Source of the DNA: Felis catus | Lineage: Eukaryota | Assembly: GCF_018350175.1 (NCBI RefSeq) | Contig: NC_058368.1 | Coordinates: 85,686,001 to 85,750,000, forward strand | DNA: 64,000 bases | Reading direction: 5' to 3' | Shown here: in pieces, positions 27,071 through 41,569 of the stretch | Layout of the letters: each line of letters begins with the position of its first letter | Numbering within the stretch: the stretch's first letter is position 1 | Position numbers and translations under genes: made by a program | Notes under the pieces: generated by a model | What the model saw: the letters and a program-made list of their open reading frames with translations, nothing else | Databases searched by the model: none | Told to the model about the DNA's origin: nothing

Positions 27071-27229
27071 AATAAAGAGGGAGACAGAAAATCCCAAGCA
27101 GGCTCCATGCTGTTGGTGCATAGTCCAACACAGGGCTCCACGTTGGGCTCAAAATCACAAATCATGAGATCATGACCTGGGCTGAAATTAAAAGTCAGGC
27201 ACTTAACCACTGACCCACCCAGGTGCCCC
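26962..27229 (-). mobile_element. Can-SINE
   Basis: Full reverse-complement body, flanked by tcaaatattt. Confidence 0.93.
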
Positions 27230-27647
27230 TCAAATATTTCTTTCCTAAGGATATAAGGGTTATCATTTTGAAATGTCAACATCAAAAGTTTAGCAACATT
27301 TTCACTCTGTATCTGTGTATGTTTAACTTAGGCATACATGGCTTTAAGTCCTAACTGCTCACATGTCATAAATGTAAGCAAAGTTCTATTTTCCCTTTGG
27401 ATAGAAGCAACTAACTAGCACAGATAACCACCTCAATAACTAGTTGAATTTAAAATGAAAATTACTGTCAAAATATTTTACTTAAAGACAAGTTTTTTAT
27501 CATATATTTTGAGATGTATATATAAGAGATGAACCATCTTGGCTCGAAAAGTGGGTGAGGTTTGTTTCTTTCTTGAAATCTTACTGACTGCTTGTCACAT
27601 GACCAAATTGATTACAGAGTGCTTACAAAGTCATTGCATTCTGGTTT

Positions 27648-27859
27648 GTTATTTATTATTATTATTATTAAAGTTTATTTATTTTGAGAGGGAGAGAGCA
27701 TGAGCAGGGGAGGGGCAGAGAGAGAGAGAGAATCCCAAGCAGGCTCCACTCTGTCAGGGCAGAGCACAACGCTAAGCTTGATCTCAGGAACTGCGAGATC
27801 ATGACCTGAGTCAAGATCAAGAAGTGGACGCTTAACTGACTGAACCACCCAAGCGCCCC
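27648..27859 (-). mobile_element. Can-SINE
   Basis: Full reverse-complement body. Confidence 0.93.
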
Positions 27860-28373
27860 TAGTGCTTGTTGTTAATAAAACCATTCATTTCTTTTTTTTT
27901 TATTGAGGAATAATTTACATACTATGTTGTGTTAATTTCAGATGTATACCATAGTGATTTGATATTTATATATGTTAATGAAATGTTCACCAAATGTGTC
28001 CTTGCCATCACCATATAAGGTTGTTAAAATGTTGGCCATATTCCCTATGCTATAAATTACATCTCCATGTCTTCTTTTATAACCGAAAGATGATATATCT
28101 TAATTCTCTTCATGTTTCATCCATTCAATCATCCCATATCTGCCAACAACCATCAGTTTGTTCTCTGTAACTAGGAATCTGTTTCTGGGTTGTTTGTTCA
28201 TTTATTTTGTTTTGTTTTGTTTTGTTTTTTGTTTCTTACAATCCACTTATAACTTCTATCTTATGGCATTTGTCTTTTCCTGCCTCACTTATATCACTTA
28301 GTATAATAATATCTGTCTCCATCCATGTTGTCATAAGTTTCAAGAGTTTATTCTTTCTTGTGACTATTATCCC

Positions 28374-28375
<2 letters not shown>

Positions 28376-28410
<35 letters not shown>
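28376..28410. repeat. (TG)n microsatellite
   Basis: Perfect dinucleotide run. Confidence 0.95.
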
Positions 28411-28412
<2 letters not shown>

Positions 28413-29339
28413 CTTCTTTCTTTATTTATCCATTCATGGACATAAAATGTTTCCATATCTTGGCAATTGTAAAAGAAAAAGCCTGCATTTAATATAGGAA
28501 TACATATGTCTTTTCTAGTAAGTGGTTTTGTTTATCAAATGCTTAGAAGTAGACTACTGAATCATATGGGAGTTCTATTTTTTTTTAATATTCTGAGGAA
28601 CATCCACATTTTTTCCATAGTACTGTACCTTTTACATTCCCACCAAAAAGTTTTGAGGATTTCCTCTTCTCCACATCTTCACCAACACTTGTCATTTCTT
28701 TCTTTTCTTTTTTTTTTCTTTTTTTTTTTGTTGATATTAGCCATTCTGGCAGATGTGAGCTAGTATGTCTTTGTGGTTTTATTTGTATTTCTGCAATAGT
28801 GATTTTTAATAACTTTTCATGTGTATACTGGCCATCTGTGTGCCTTCTTTGAAAAATGTTTATCTAGGTTCTCTGCACATTTTTAAATCCATATATTAAA
28901 TCCCATGTATTGAATTATAGGATTCTTTTTTTTTATGTTACCCATTATTAGATATATCATTTGACAATATCTTTAATTCAGTAGGTTGCTTCTTTGTTGT
29001 ATAGATTGTTTCCTTTTCTGTGAAAACCCTTTTTAATTTAATGTAGTCTTATTTGTTATTATTAATTTTTTGTTATTCTTGCCTGAGAAGATAGATCAAA
29101 AAATATCACTAAAACTGATATAAAAATGCTTATCACATATTTTTCCAGGAACTTTATTGTTTTTCATCTTATATTTAAGTCTATAAACTATTTTGAGTTT
29201 ATTATTTGATGTGGTGTATTGAAGGCACTTTTTCACACTCTATGCTTTCATCCTTTATGGCCTAATATATAATTAGCCATATAAGTATCAGTTTATTTTC
29301 TGGCTTTATATCTATTTAATTATCTATGTATCTTTTAAA

Positions 29340-29928
29340 ATTATTTTTATTTAATATTTTAATTTTTATTTATTTTTGAGAGAGAGAGAGCGAGCACGGT
29401 AGGGACAGCAAGAGACAGAGAGACAGAGAGACAGAGAGACAGAAGATCTGAAATGGGCTCTTCACTGACAGCAGAGAGCCAGATGTGGGGCTCAAACTCA
29501 TGACCCATTGAAATCATTTCCTGAACTGAAGTCAGAAGCCCTATTTTTTTTTTTTTTAGAGAAAAAGAGAGAGAGCATGTCATCAGGGGAGAGTGGCAGA
29601 GGGAGAGAGAGACAATCTTCTTAAACAACACCACACTCAGTGAAGAGACTGATGCTTGGATCTATCCCTTGACCCTGGAATTTTGGTTTGAGCTGAAATC
29701 AAGTGTCAGATACACAGTCTACTGAGCTACACAGGCACCTGTTTCCATATCTGTTTTTAAGCTTGTTTATTTATTTTGAGAGAGATAGAGACGCCATGAG
29801 AGAGACAGTCCCAAGCAGGCTCTGTGGTGCCTGTGCAGAGCCTAACAACGGCGCTTGAAATCATGAAATTGTGAGACCATAACCTGAGCCATGAGTCAGA
29901 CTAAATGACTGAGCCATGAATACACCCC
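29340..29928 (-). mobile_element. Three stacked Can-SINEs (~29340-29543, ~29544-29740, ~29753-29928)
   Basis: Three T-rich tails and (GA)n tracts in series inside the L1. Confidence 0.88.
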
Positions 29929-31035
29929 TGTAAGTGTTTTTATACCAATACTACCTTTTAAATTAATATAGCTTTGTAATATAGTTTGAAATGAGGAAAC
30001 ATGATAGTTTTGTTTTTCTCTCATTTTGGGGGCGGGGGTATTTGGTGTCTTTTACGATTTTATACTAATTTTAGAATTACTTCTTCTAGTTCTGTGAGAA
30101 ATTCCTTTGAGTAGTGTGGAATTTTAACACTATATTACATTTTATAGAGAACAGATCTTTCACCTCCTTGATTAAATTTATTCTTAGGGATTTTATTCTT
30201 TTTTAATACAGTTGTAAATAAGATTGTTTACTGAATTTATCTTTCTTAGTGTATAGAAATGCAACATATTTCTGTATATTGATTTCATACCTTGCAACTT
30301 TACCTAATTTATTTATAAGTTCCAATAGGTTTTTTGGTTGAGACATAAGGTTTTCTATATCTAGTTTCATACAATTTACAAACCATGACTGTTTTACTTG
30401 TTTTTAAATTTGGGTGAAATTTTTTGGTATAATTGCTATTGGTAGAACCTCCAATACTATGTCAAATGGAATTGCTGAGACTGGGTATCGTTGTCTTGTT
30501 CTTGATCTTAGAGGCAAAACATTCAGCTTTGCTCCTTGAATATGTTAGTTCTGGGTCCGTCATATACAAACTTAAGTTGAGATATGTTACTTCTATATGC
30601 ATTTTGTAGAGAGTTTTTTTTACATAAATGGATATTAAAATTTGCCAATTTTTTTTCTGCATCAATTGAGATGATAATTTTATTTTTATCCTTCATTTGG
30701 TTAATATGACAGCATCATGTTGTTTCGTTTGCATATATTGGACCATCCTTCCATTTTCAGAATAAATCTCTCTTGATCATGGTGTATGATCTTCTTAATG
30801 TATTGTTGAATTTAGTTTGATAACATTTTGTTGAAGATATTTGAATTTTGTTCATCAGGGATTTTGGTATGTACTTTGTGTGTGTGTACTGGGGGGTGTT
30901 GTATAGTGTGTTTTTCTATCTCGGCAATCATGATTTTTTTGGCCTTGTACAATGAGTTTGTAGGCATGTCTTCCTTTTGAGCTTTTTTGGAAGTTTGATA
31001 AGAATTGGTGTTGCCTCTTCTTAAAAGATTTTTGT

Positions 31036-31247
31036 GGGGCTCCTGGATGATTTAGTTGGTTAGGTGTCCGACTCTCGACTTCAGCTCAGGTCATGACCTC
31101 ACACTTTGTCAGTTTGTGCCCTGAATCATGCTCTGCACTTTGAGATTCTCTGTCTCCTCTCACTCTGACCCTTCCTGACCTGTGATCCCTCTCTCTTAAA
31201 AATGACTAAACTTCCTAAAAACTAAGTAAATAAATAAATAAATAAAG
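31036..31247 (+). mobile_element. Can-SINE
   Basis: Head, cagctcaggtcatgacc core and (taaa)n tail. Confidence 0.9.
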
Positions 31248-32279
31248 GCCTTTTAGAATTCACCTTTGAAGCCATCTGCTTCTGGAGTTCTGTTTGTTAA
31301 CATTTTTTATCATGGACTTAATTTTCTTACTATTAAATGGTCTATTCAGATTTTCTATTTTTTCCTGATTCAGTCTTGGAAGACTCTATGATTTTAGAAT
31401 CTATCTATTTCTTCTAGGTTGTTCTATTTGTTAGTGTCTGATTGCTGCAGTCTCTTATGATTCTTTGTATTTTTGTGATATCAGTTGTATGTTCTTTTTA
31501 ATTCCTGATTTTTTTTTGGCTTTCGTTTTTTTTTTTTCTTGGTAACTGTGGCTAAAGATGTATTGATTTTGTTTATCTTCTCAAGGAATCAATACTTAGT
31601 TTCATTGATTCCTTGCACATTGTTTTTGTATCTATTTTATTTATGTCCACTCTGATCTTTCCTTTTCATTATTTCCTTCTGTCTACTAACTTTAGGCTGT
31701 GTTTACTCTTCTTTTTCCAGTTCTTTTAGATGTAAAGCTGTATTGTTTATTCAAGATTTTGTTTTTGTTTTTGTTTACTGAAGTGGGCCTCAATCAGTAT
31801 AAACTTCCCTCTTAGAAGTGCTTTTGCTACATCCAATATTTTTTTTTATTTTTTCCAAAGATACTTCAGGTGATTAAATATTCTTACATTTCTTGAGCAT
31901 TGTTTTGCAGCTTAGTATAGGAACTATCCAAGAGAATGTACCATACATTTATGAAGAATATATATTCTGCTGATTTAAGGCAGAATATTGTTAATAGATC
32001 TATTAAGTCTTTTAGTCTAACATGTCATTGAAGGTCAATGTTTTCCTTATTAACTTCCTGTCTGCATGATCTGGTAAGTAGGGTGTTAAGATCTGCCACT
32101 ATTACTATTGCATTACTGTCAATATTTTCTTCTGTGTATGGTAATTTTTCTTTATATATAATTAGGTGCTGCTATAATGGATGCAAAAATAGTGACAATT
32201 GTTATATATTATTGTTGGAGCAATCCTCTCATCATTATGTAATTATTTTATTTGCTCTTGTTAAATCCTTTGTTTTAAT

Positions 32280-32296
32280 TAAAAAAGTGTTTATGT

Positions 32297-32348
<52 letters not shown>

Positions 32349-32518
32349 TTGCAAGTGGGGGAGGGGCAGAGAGAGAGAGGGAGACACAGAATCCAAAGTA
32401 GGCTCCAGACTCCAAGCTGTCAGCACAAAGCCCAAAGTGGGGCTTGAACTCATGAATTGTGAGATCATGACCTGAGCCCAAGTTGGAAGCTCAACCTACT
32501 GAGCCACCAGATGCACCA
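32280..32518 (-). mobile_element. Can-SINE
   Basis: Long (GA)n, flanked by cctttgtttt. Confidence 0.93.
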
Positions 32519-35500
32519 CAGCCTTTGTTTTAAATTCTGTTTTGTCTGATATAAATATTTGCTACTCCTTATTTCTTTTACTTTCCATTTGAATGGAATA
32601 TATTTTTCCAAGCCTCACCTTCAGTCTGTGTGCCTTTAGATCTAAACTAAGTCTCATGTAGGTAGTATATAGATGGGTCTTGTTTTTGTTTTGTTTTGTT
32701 TTGTTTTGTTCCCCATGGAGCCATCCTATGTCTTTTGATTAGTGACTTTAGTCCATTTATAATTAAAATAGTTCTTCGTAGGTATGTACTTAATACCACG
32801 TTCAGTGTTTTCTGCAATTCTCTCTTCCTTTATTGTCTTGTTATATATACTTGAAAATTGATGACTTTGACATTTTTTTAGCATTAGGATTGGATTCCTT
32901 TGTCTTTAATGCTTATTTATCTTTTACATACTTTTGGTTTGTGGTTATCATGAGAGAGGTTCATATATGACAATCTATGTATTTACCATACTATTTTAAT
33001 TTGGTGGTCACTTAAGTTTCAACATTCTAAAAGCACATATTTTTATTCCTCACCCATGTTTTATGTTTTGATATCATATTTATTATCTGTTTATTTTGTG
33101 TATCCCTTAACTAATTAATCTAGATATTGTTGATTTTACTACTTTTGACATTTGATCTCATTACTAGTTTTATAAGTAATTGATCCACTACATTTCTTTA
33201 CCACTGAATTATTTTTTCCTATATTCTATCCTTTCTAGTTATGGCCTTTACTTATCTCCTTAGAGAATTCTTTTGAATAATTCTTTTTTAAATTTAAAAA
33301 TTATTATTATTATTATTATTATTATTATTTTAAATAATGGTTTAGCGGTGATGAGCTCAATTAGATTTTGCTTGTCTGGGAAACTATCTCTCAAATGCTG
33401 AATGAAAATTTTCCCAGGTACAGTATACTTCGTTGTTAGCTTTTTTTTTTTTTCCCTCCTGTTTTCTTTTTAGCACTTTGATATATCATGTCACTCTTTT
33501 CTGGCCTGCAAAAGTTAGCTGAGAATGTTATAGTGGTTCCTTTACATGTAACTAATTATTTTTCTCTTATTGCTCTTAAGATTCTCTCTTTATCTGACAT
33601 TTTTGACATTTTAATTATATTGAGTTTTGATGTGTATCTCTTTGGCTTTATCTGTTTTGGGACTTTGTGTGTCACCTAGACCTTGATGTCTATTCCCCTC
33701 CCCCCCCAACACCCAGGTTATAGAAGTTTTCAGCTATTATTTCTTACCAATTATTTTTATCCCTGCTTATCTCCTTTTCATCTTTTTTTAGAACATACAT
33801 AATGTGAATTTTAGTATGTTTGATGTCACCCCAGAAGTCCCTTAAACTATATTTATTATTTATTTCTTTTTGTTTTTCAGGATTAGTGAACTCCACTCCC
33901 CTGTGTTCCAGAATGCTGATCTATTCTTCTGTATCAAGTAATTTGTTGTTTATATGCTATTTTTTTTTTATTTATGTTATTACAAACTTTGGCTCTAATT
34001 GGCAATATCTTATTTTTTCTATATGTTTGTTGAGGTTTTCTCTGTGTTCATACTTTCATCTCCTGTATTTGGTAAGCATATCTGTGACCTTGATTTTGAA
34101 CTCTTTTTCAGGTAGATTTCTTGTTACAACTTTTATCAGGGTGTGCTCCCTGGAATTAGCAGGCTAGAGAGAGAATTCCCAAATGTCACCTGGCAGGTCT
34201 CAGAGCAGAATGGCAGGAGGAGAAGGCAAAACATGGTTGTTGCCAGTGTTTGAGTCCCTAATGATAGCCTTTGCTCTTTAGGTAGGCACTCCAAGATGAG
34301 GAAGTGGCTGTCTACATCTATGGTCTATACAATTTTTAATATGGTATTTTTGCACTGGTTTCCATGTCAAGTGAGACTATGTGGAAGCCTTGAAAAGAAG
34401 GGTTTCATTTCCCTACATTTTTATCATTTTCCTGGATGTATTCCTTATTGTTCTTCAAATACAAGTGTTTGGGGACTGATTTGTCCTGTGCATAATTTAA
34501 GGGTTAAGATGCCTTATGTGGAGCTCGAAATTATTATTTTCATGGACATCTCTTACCTTTGAGATATTTCGTAACTATGGAATGCCTTACCTGGGGTGTT
34601 TTACTTTTTTGTTTTTCATTTTTAAGATCGTATCTTTCCCTCTTGTACCCCACTCAGTTTTGTCCCTTGTGAAGGCTTTTTCACCCAGTTTCTAGGTCTC
34701 CTTTAGAGGAATTTATTCCATATGTAGGAGGACATGAGCTCAGGATTGTCCTTTGACACCTTTGCTTTTTATGTGTTTTATAGCTTTGTGAAGAATATAT
34801 TCTGTGTTGGCAGGCAAATTTATTTTTAAGTATTTCCCCAAGAGTAATCAAAATTTTCTCTACTATTTTTGTATGCAAGTAAACTCCATATATAAAATGT
34901 CTCAAATTCCAACAATGTCCACCCCCACCTTTTAAAACTTTCTTGTCATGAACTTGTGAAGAGGATTAAGGTTATTAAGTATTATGCCTTATCCCCTTTT
35001 TGACTAATTGAACTTCTTCACTTCTTATTGTAGTTAAAGATGTTCTGTTTAGAAGCAATGTGCCTGTTTTTGTACAGTAAGAGATACAAAGATAATAAGA
35101 AAATCATCTATTTGATCAAATTAAAAAAACAGAAAAAGTAATTCTATCTTTACAGAAACTGCTTTTTTTCATGCAGTCAATATTTAATTCTAATAGAGTT
35201 CCTACTCTCTTCAGACAGTACTTAGAAATGCATAGGATTCATCAGAAAACAAATGAGGTATCAATCAGTTAACAAAATAAAATTCTTCTCTTTCAACATA
35301 AATCCATTCAAATTTAGTTTTTGAATACTTAATGTGTAACACTATGATCAAACTATGAAAAAAGCTGATAAATGGTAAAAAAGAGCAGTTAGGAATTTCA
35401 TTGGTCTTTACAAAACTCAATAGTATATGCCTTTTATGGCTGTAGGTATTACCTCAAAAAGGATTCTGATGGCATACATTGGAAGGATAACAGAGGGACC

Positions 35501-35755
35501 TGATAGATGAAAGGGGGAAAAGAAGCTTCATGCAAAAGATGAGACAAAGCACAAAGAACAGCATGATCTGTATGTGTCAGAAATTGTCATGGGAGCTAAA
35601 TATACACCCATGGTTTGCCTCGTCTTTGGGATGGTGGGCACTTCATCACTCTTGAGCCAGGAAATATTTCTTTGCATTTCTTTAAAGACACTGTCATATT
35701 TCTATAATCAAGACTCTTTTATCTATAAATCCAGTAGTTAATCCTTCTCATTTTT

Positions 35756-35962
35756 TTTTCAACGTTTATTTATTTTTGGGACAGAGAGAGACAGAGCATG
35801 AACGGGGGAGGGACAGAGAGAGAGGGAGACACAGAATCGGAAACAGGCTCCAGGCTCTGAGCCATCAGCCCAGAGCCTGACGCGGGGCTCAAACTCACGG
35901 ACCGCGAGATCGTGACCTGGCTGAAGTCGGACGCTTAACCAACTGCGCCACCCAGGCGCCCC
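35756..35962 (-). mobile_element. Can-SINE (very young felid type)
   Basis: CpGs intact. Perfect TSD aatccttctcattttt (35740-35755, 35963-35978). Confidence 0.97.
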
Positions 35963-37152
35963 AATCCTTCTCATTTTTATTGCGAGCCATACTTGGCTTC
36001 CTACGTGAGTGTCTCCATATAGTCAATCCTTCCTGTTAGTGCTGCATAAACAATGGAAGACTGAAGAGCTTGATATTTGAAAGCAAAAACAAGGAGTGAG
36101 AACCAATTAGGCAAGGTAAGTCTATTAAGAATTAAGTAGGATGGGTGTGGAGCACAAGCTGTCTGCCAAATAATGGGGTATTTCTGGGATATAATTAGCA
36201 TGTGAATCTTCATGAAACTTAAGGTACATCATGGGCTTTATAGCACCTCAGATCATCAGGGCATTACTAATTAAATGGTACATAAATCTCAAAGTTCATT
36301 GGTACATTTAATTGACAAATTATATCTGAGATGACGAGATTGGGAGACTAGACTTGGGTGCTTGTCACATGTGCCATTTGGAACTGGAATTTCTGACTCA
36401 GATATTATGAAATTTTATGTTATATGAGCCAAGTGACAATATATGAGATCTCCAAAGGATCCCTTAAATAATTTATTGATGGAGAAAAGTTGAGTTTAGT
36501 ACCATCTCAGTAGAATCTTTACTGTAACTAAAAAAGGGAGGTGAAGAATGTTACACTTTCTATGCACTGTCCCAAGGGCTGAGTGGGTTGTATTTCTTTT
36601 CATTCTTGATGAAGGATTCCGGAGCCATCTTGTGATAGTCTGGAAGTAAAGACAACTAACTGTACCATGACATTCTGCTCTTCTTGCTTATAATCCCCTT
36701 CTCACAATTCCAACTAAATTAAAGGCTGCGGAAGATATGGAAATAACTGGTAATCTTACATGTATTAGGTAAGATGATAAACTACATCTCTCGGTTTATC
36801 CTACTGTTTCTCATAATTAACCACTGTGGCAGACACAAACATACAGCTGAATTGCCATTAGGTCAGTGTCAAAGTTTGTGACATTAAATGATAATGAAGC
36901 TCTCTTGTAGGTGGACAGAAATTATTCAAGGAAACTTAAGACTTTAACAATCAGTTAATTTAAAAATGTTTGCATAGAAATAAAATAAAATAGTTAATTA
37001 ATAGTTATCAATGGAAGAATTTTTCACGCGGGATCAGTGTGGTTATTCAACGTGAGTACTTCAGAAAAAGAAATGGGAGACATAATCCAGTGTTAATGCA
37101 GGTAGATGATCCTGTATGAACATCTTTAACATCAAAAATGTTTTGTATTATT

Positions 37153-37348
37153 GGGGTGCCTGGGTGGCTCAGTAGGTAAAGTATCTGACTCGGTTTTGGC
37201 TCAAGTCATGATTTCATGGCTCCTAGGATCGAGCTCATGTCTGCTTCTGTGCCGAGCACAGAGATTCTCTTGAGATTCTCTCTCCCTCTTTCTTTGCCAC
37301 TGCCTTTCTCTCTCTCTGTCTCAAAATAAACAAACATTAAAAAAAAAG
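37153..37348 (+). mobile_element. Can-SINE
   Basis: ggggtgcctgggtggctcag head and A tail. Confidence 0.92.
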
Positions 37349-37679
37349 AGCTTTGTGTTCTACAAAGTTTTCAGCAGATATATTTATTATTTCCTAAACC
37401 ATAAGAAACTTAACAATTTAAAAATAAGCCTATGAGTTCAAAAAACATTGCAAAACCACTTATTAAAACCAATAAAATAATTGGTTGCTAAATCAAGAAT
37501 TTAGAAAATTAAGACATGTACATCTTCTTCACCAATCATTTGAATGTTAGCTTCCAAAAATTAAGTCTCTGCTTTATTTATTTATTTTTTCCTATTCACA
37601 GTTACTCCCACCTTCTCAACAACCCAAGAGATGATTTACTAAAAGCCGCTTGGAAATATACCTGGAAAAAATTCATTAA

Positions 37680-37908
37680 CAATATTTTTTCTTCCATTCC
37701 ATGAGCATTCATGTTTTTTCCCATTTTTTTTGTATGTCATCTTCAATTACTTTCCTCATTGTATTTTAGTTTTCAGAATACAGGTTTTTTTTTTTTTTAC
37801 CTCTATTGTTAGCTTTATTCCCATGTATTTTATGGGGTTTTGTGCACTTGTAAATGGGATTGACTTCATTTCTCTATCTGCTGCTTTATATTTGTAGTAT
37901 AGAAATTC
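37680..37908 (-). mobile_element. LINE-1 ORF2 fragment
   Basis: cttccattccatgagcat...gtagtatagaaat is reverse-complement L1 ORF2. Confidence 0.8.
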
Positions 37909-37909
37909 A

Positions 37910-39400
37910 ACAGACTCCAAAACCATTAGAATTTTCTGAGTGATACAAATATTGTTTAATATTTATAACAAGCCCTTTGACAATACCTGAGGTTGTGGTA
38001 TTGAGGTGACTCAAGGTGGGGCCCCTTGATAGCTTCAGGGTAGGGATTTGCCCACAGAGGACCAACAATGTGATTAAAATATTAGAACTATGTACTTTAA
38101 TCCCATCTCCAACCTCTGAGTGTGATTGGGCTAGAGTTTTCCAATTACCAATTGGCAATGATATTAATCAGTCATGCCTATATTCTGAAACTTCCACAAA
38201 CATTCTAAAACTATGAGACTATAAGAGTCAGTGCACACATTGAGGTCTTTGGTGGGTGGTCTGCCTGGACAGACATTGAAGCTCTGTATTCCTAACACAC
38301 CCTATATCTTGCTCCACTTATTTTTCTGTTTGGCTGTTCCTGTGTCGTATTCTTTGTATAAACTATAATTGTATGTATATTTCTTTCCTGAGTTATGTGA
38401 GTTGTTCTAGATACGAACCAAAACTGAGGAAAGTTATGGAACACCTGAACTTTTAATCTTCCTGACAGAATGTAGATAACTTCACAATCTCATTGATGGC
38501 TGGTGTCTGAAGTAGGTATGGTCTTGTGGGATTAAGCTTTAAGTTGTGGAATTTGCACTGATTGGGTGATTAGTATCAAATTTTACTGAATTTTTAGACA
38601 ACCCACTGGCTTGGGGAATTTATTAGAAACGTGACTTGAAAATGTAAAGGATAAAAGGGCAAAAGTTATGGAAGCTTTAATTGCTCGGCTAGAGAGTCAA
38701 TCAGTTATGGAAAGCAGCTTTGTTGAGAACATTTGCTAAAGGTAAAATTATCAATGGAATTTGGAAATGATGCATTAAACTTCGGGGAATGGTTCACTAG
38801 ACCTTTAAGGATGTGAAAAACCACTAAGGAAAAAAAGGAAAATATGTAATTCCTTTGTTGTTACAATCAGAACTTGATGGTGGAGAAACTTAGATTTCAG
38901 TTAGTCTGTCGTTTTATTATTAGCCTCAAACCTGATCCCAAATCCAAAAATTATGCTGGGAAAAAGGAGTACCACAGGCAATCCATGTGAAGAGGAAGGA
39001 CAAAAACAAGAAACTATCAAAAACAGTAGTTGTCATGTGTCATGTGGAATAGTCTCATTTTGTGGATGAGTATCATCTTGAAAAATGTTTACTATAATTG
39101 ATTGTGAAAATTTTCATTTGAGGGACTGTTACTAGCTTGCTATGAAACATTGATTGTAACGATCTTTATGATTAAAGAACACAAAATACTCCTGAAACCT
39201 GAAATACCCATAGTATCTTTGGTGCTGTCAAACAAATATACTGGGTAAGGATAATAATATCATTGAAAAATTCAATTAGCTGAAAAAAAAAAAACAGTTG
39301 ATATATGACTATGTTACCAAGAGTGTGAAATGGGAGATACTCACAGGGTGGGAATTTTCTCACCCCTATCATTGTGTTTGGTCCAACTTTAAGTGACAGT
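37910..39400 (+). mobile_element. MER21-like LTR (~37910-38630) followed by probable internal sequence
   Basis: Contains gaggtgactcaaggtggggccccttgatagcttcaggg and aatcagtcatgcctatattctgaaacttcca. The extent of the internal part is uncertain. Confidence 0.75.
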
Positions 39401-40686
39401 AACATCTAAGGCTATTAAGAGCATTTCTAGTGAAAAGGAGCAAGGATGATTTTAGAATTGATATCTTGTCTGAGTTCAGAAACTTCAAGCCCACAGTCAA
39501 GGAGTATATTTCTGCAGAGAGTTTTCATTAGCAATTTGCATCTTTATTCTCAGTTCTATTCTTCAATTATTTTGCAGTGATATTTCATAAAAAGAAAAGA
39601 AGGAAGAAAAATAAATAAAGAAAGAAAGAGAAACAAGAAACAAAAAAATATGGACAAGTCTGGATTTAGGGAGTGGGCATTTGATGCAATTAATAGTAAT
39701 ATGTTGAAAATGAACTTAGTTATTGTAAGTTACCTCCTATCTGAACCTTACTAGAACACCATGGAACAGAGGGAGAATGTGCAACAATAAGGTAGGGTGG
39801 ACTCATTTCAAAAGATCTGCCCCAGGGTTCTTTACCCAGGCATAGAGTTCCTCACTAAGGCTTTGAGATATCAATATTTTGAAATCTTCCTACATATAGC
39901 CCATATCAATGCATGACAATAGTGTAGTAATTCTTCAAAATCCAAAAATAACATTTTCACCTTCAGTTAGCTAAACTTTAAATGGAATGTAATGGCATTT
40001 TTGAGTCAAGGCTTAAATATGTACCATGGCTATATGTACTTTTGGAAGTTATAAGATGTGATTCAGTAAAACACCATAGCAAACCAAGAGAAAGACACAA
40101 AGTTTAGGGAATTGAATGAAGAGACCAAGACACAGAACTTCCAAATTTATTCAAGGTATGAAAGGATAGTAGAAAGAGACCTCTATGAGTACAATGAGAT
40201 TACTGATTTCGAATATATGGAAAAAGTATTATATAGAAATAGGACATAGATGAGACATTTACAGAAACAATTGATGAAAACCATGCAGTTGACAAAATGG
40301 AGGCTAATGTCAACTTCAGGAAAAATGAAAGGTAGTACATGACAGGATCCACTGTGCTAGAGCACTACTAAACTAGCATTAAAGGCATTCACATTGTCAG
40401 GTTGACACAAAAACTTAATGTGGGACTGACCTAAGAATTCAGTAAGACTTTATTAACAGAGTGTGAAAAAAGGAAGTGAGAAAAACAGAGTGTGGAATAA
40501 TTCAGTTATTATTTGATTAACAGTGAGACAAGAGATTACATATTTAAGAATACAGAAACATCAGGGTCAACAGCAAGAAAAGTTGATAGAGATTAGTTCC
40601 AGAATTTAGGCAGAAGTGAAATGTAAAATTTCTGATTTGAAAATATTTTGGGTATTGTTTTACTTTTTGAAAATGTTGAATTTTAT

Positions 40687-41140
40687 GGATGCCTGGGTGA
40701 CTCAGTAGGTTAGGCTTTTGACTTGGGCTCAGGTCATGATCTCACAGTTCATGAGTTGAAGCCCTGCCTCTGCTCTGTGCTGACAGCTCAGAGCCTGGAA
40801 CCTTCAGATTCTGTCTCCCTCTTTCTTTGCCCTGGCCCCACTCATGCTCTGTCTGTCTCTCTCTAAAAAGATAAATAAATAAATAAATAAATAACATTAA
40901 AAAAAATTAAATGTTGATTTTTAAGAAAAAGAACTTAGGAGTGCCTGGGTGGCCCACTCTGTTCAGCTTCCCACTCTTGATTTCAACTCAGGTCATGATC
41001 TCAAGTTTCCCGGAATCCAGCCCCAAGTCACACTCTTGCTTACAATCAGGAGCCTGCTTGGGATTTTCTCTCTCTCTCTCTCTCTCTCCCACTCTCCTAC
41101 TCTCTTTCAATATAAATGTAAATACAAATTTAAAAAAAAT
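40687..41140 (+). mobile_element. Two adjacent Can-SINEs (~40687-40910, ~40938-41140)
   Basis: Two heads, two ctcaggtcatgatctc cores and two tails. Confidence 0.9.
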
Positions 41141-41349
41141 GAAAAAGAGAAACTTAAAAAAATAAAATGTTTTCATACTGTTAGGATATTAGAGATGATT
41201 ATGGAACATGAGACCACCATCTAGTTAGATGTTGGTAAACCTTAATTGTAGACATAGTATTTGAGAATTATTATTTTTTTTGAAGAATTATATTATAAAA
41301 TGGTGATAAGTACTCAGTGGACTTAGAACTTATAATTGTTAATTCAGGT

Positions 41350-41569
41350 ATTTTTTTACTATTTATTTTTGAGAGAAAGAGAGAGAGAGAGATAGAGAGA
41401 GAGAACATGAGGAGGGGAGGGGCAGAGAGAGACAAAGACACAGAATCAGGATCAGGTTCCAGGCTCCTATTTGTCAGCACAGAGTCCAACACAGGGCTTG
41501 AATACACAAAGTGTGAGATCATGACCTGAACCAAATTTGGATGCGCAACTGACAGCCCCCCTGGCACCC
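41350..41569 (-). mobile_element. Can-SINE
   Basis: Reverse-complement body, flanked by taattcag. Confidence 0.92.

Larger units (their letters stand above)
27890..34762 (-). mobile_element. Near full-length degenerate LINE-1 on the minus strand with internal deletions and nested SINEs
   Basis: T-rich tail at ~27890, reverse-complement ORF2 to ~32800, ORF1-like ~33330-34130 and a 5' UTR-like end near 34760. Confidence 0.9.
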
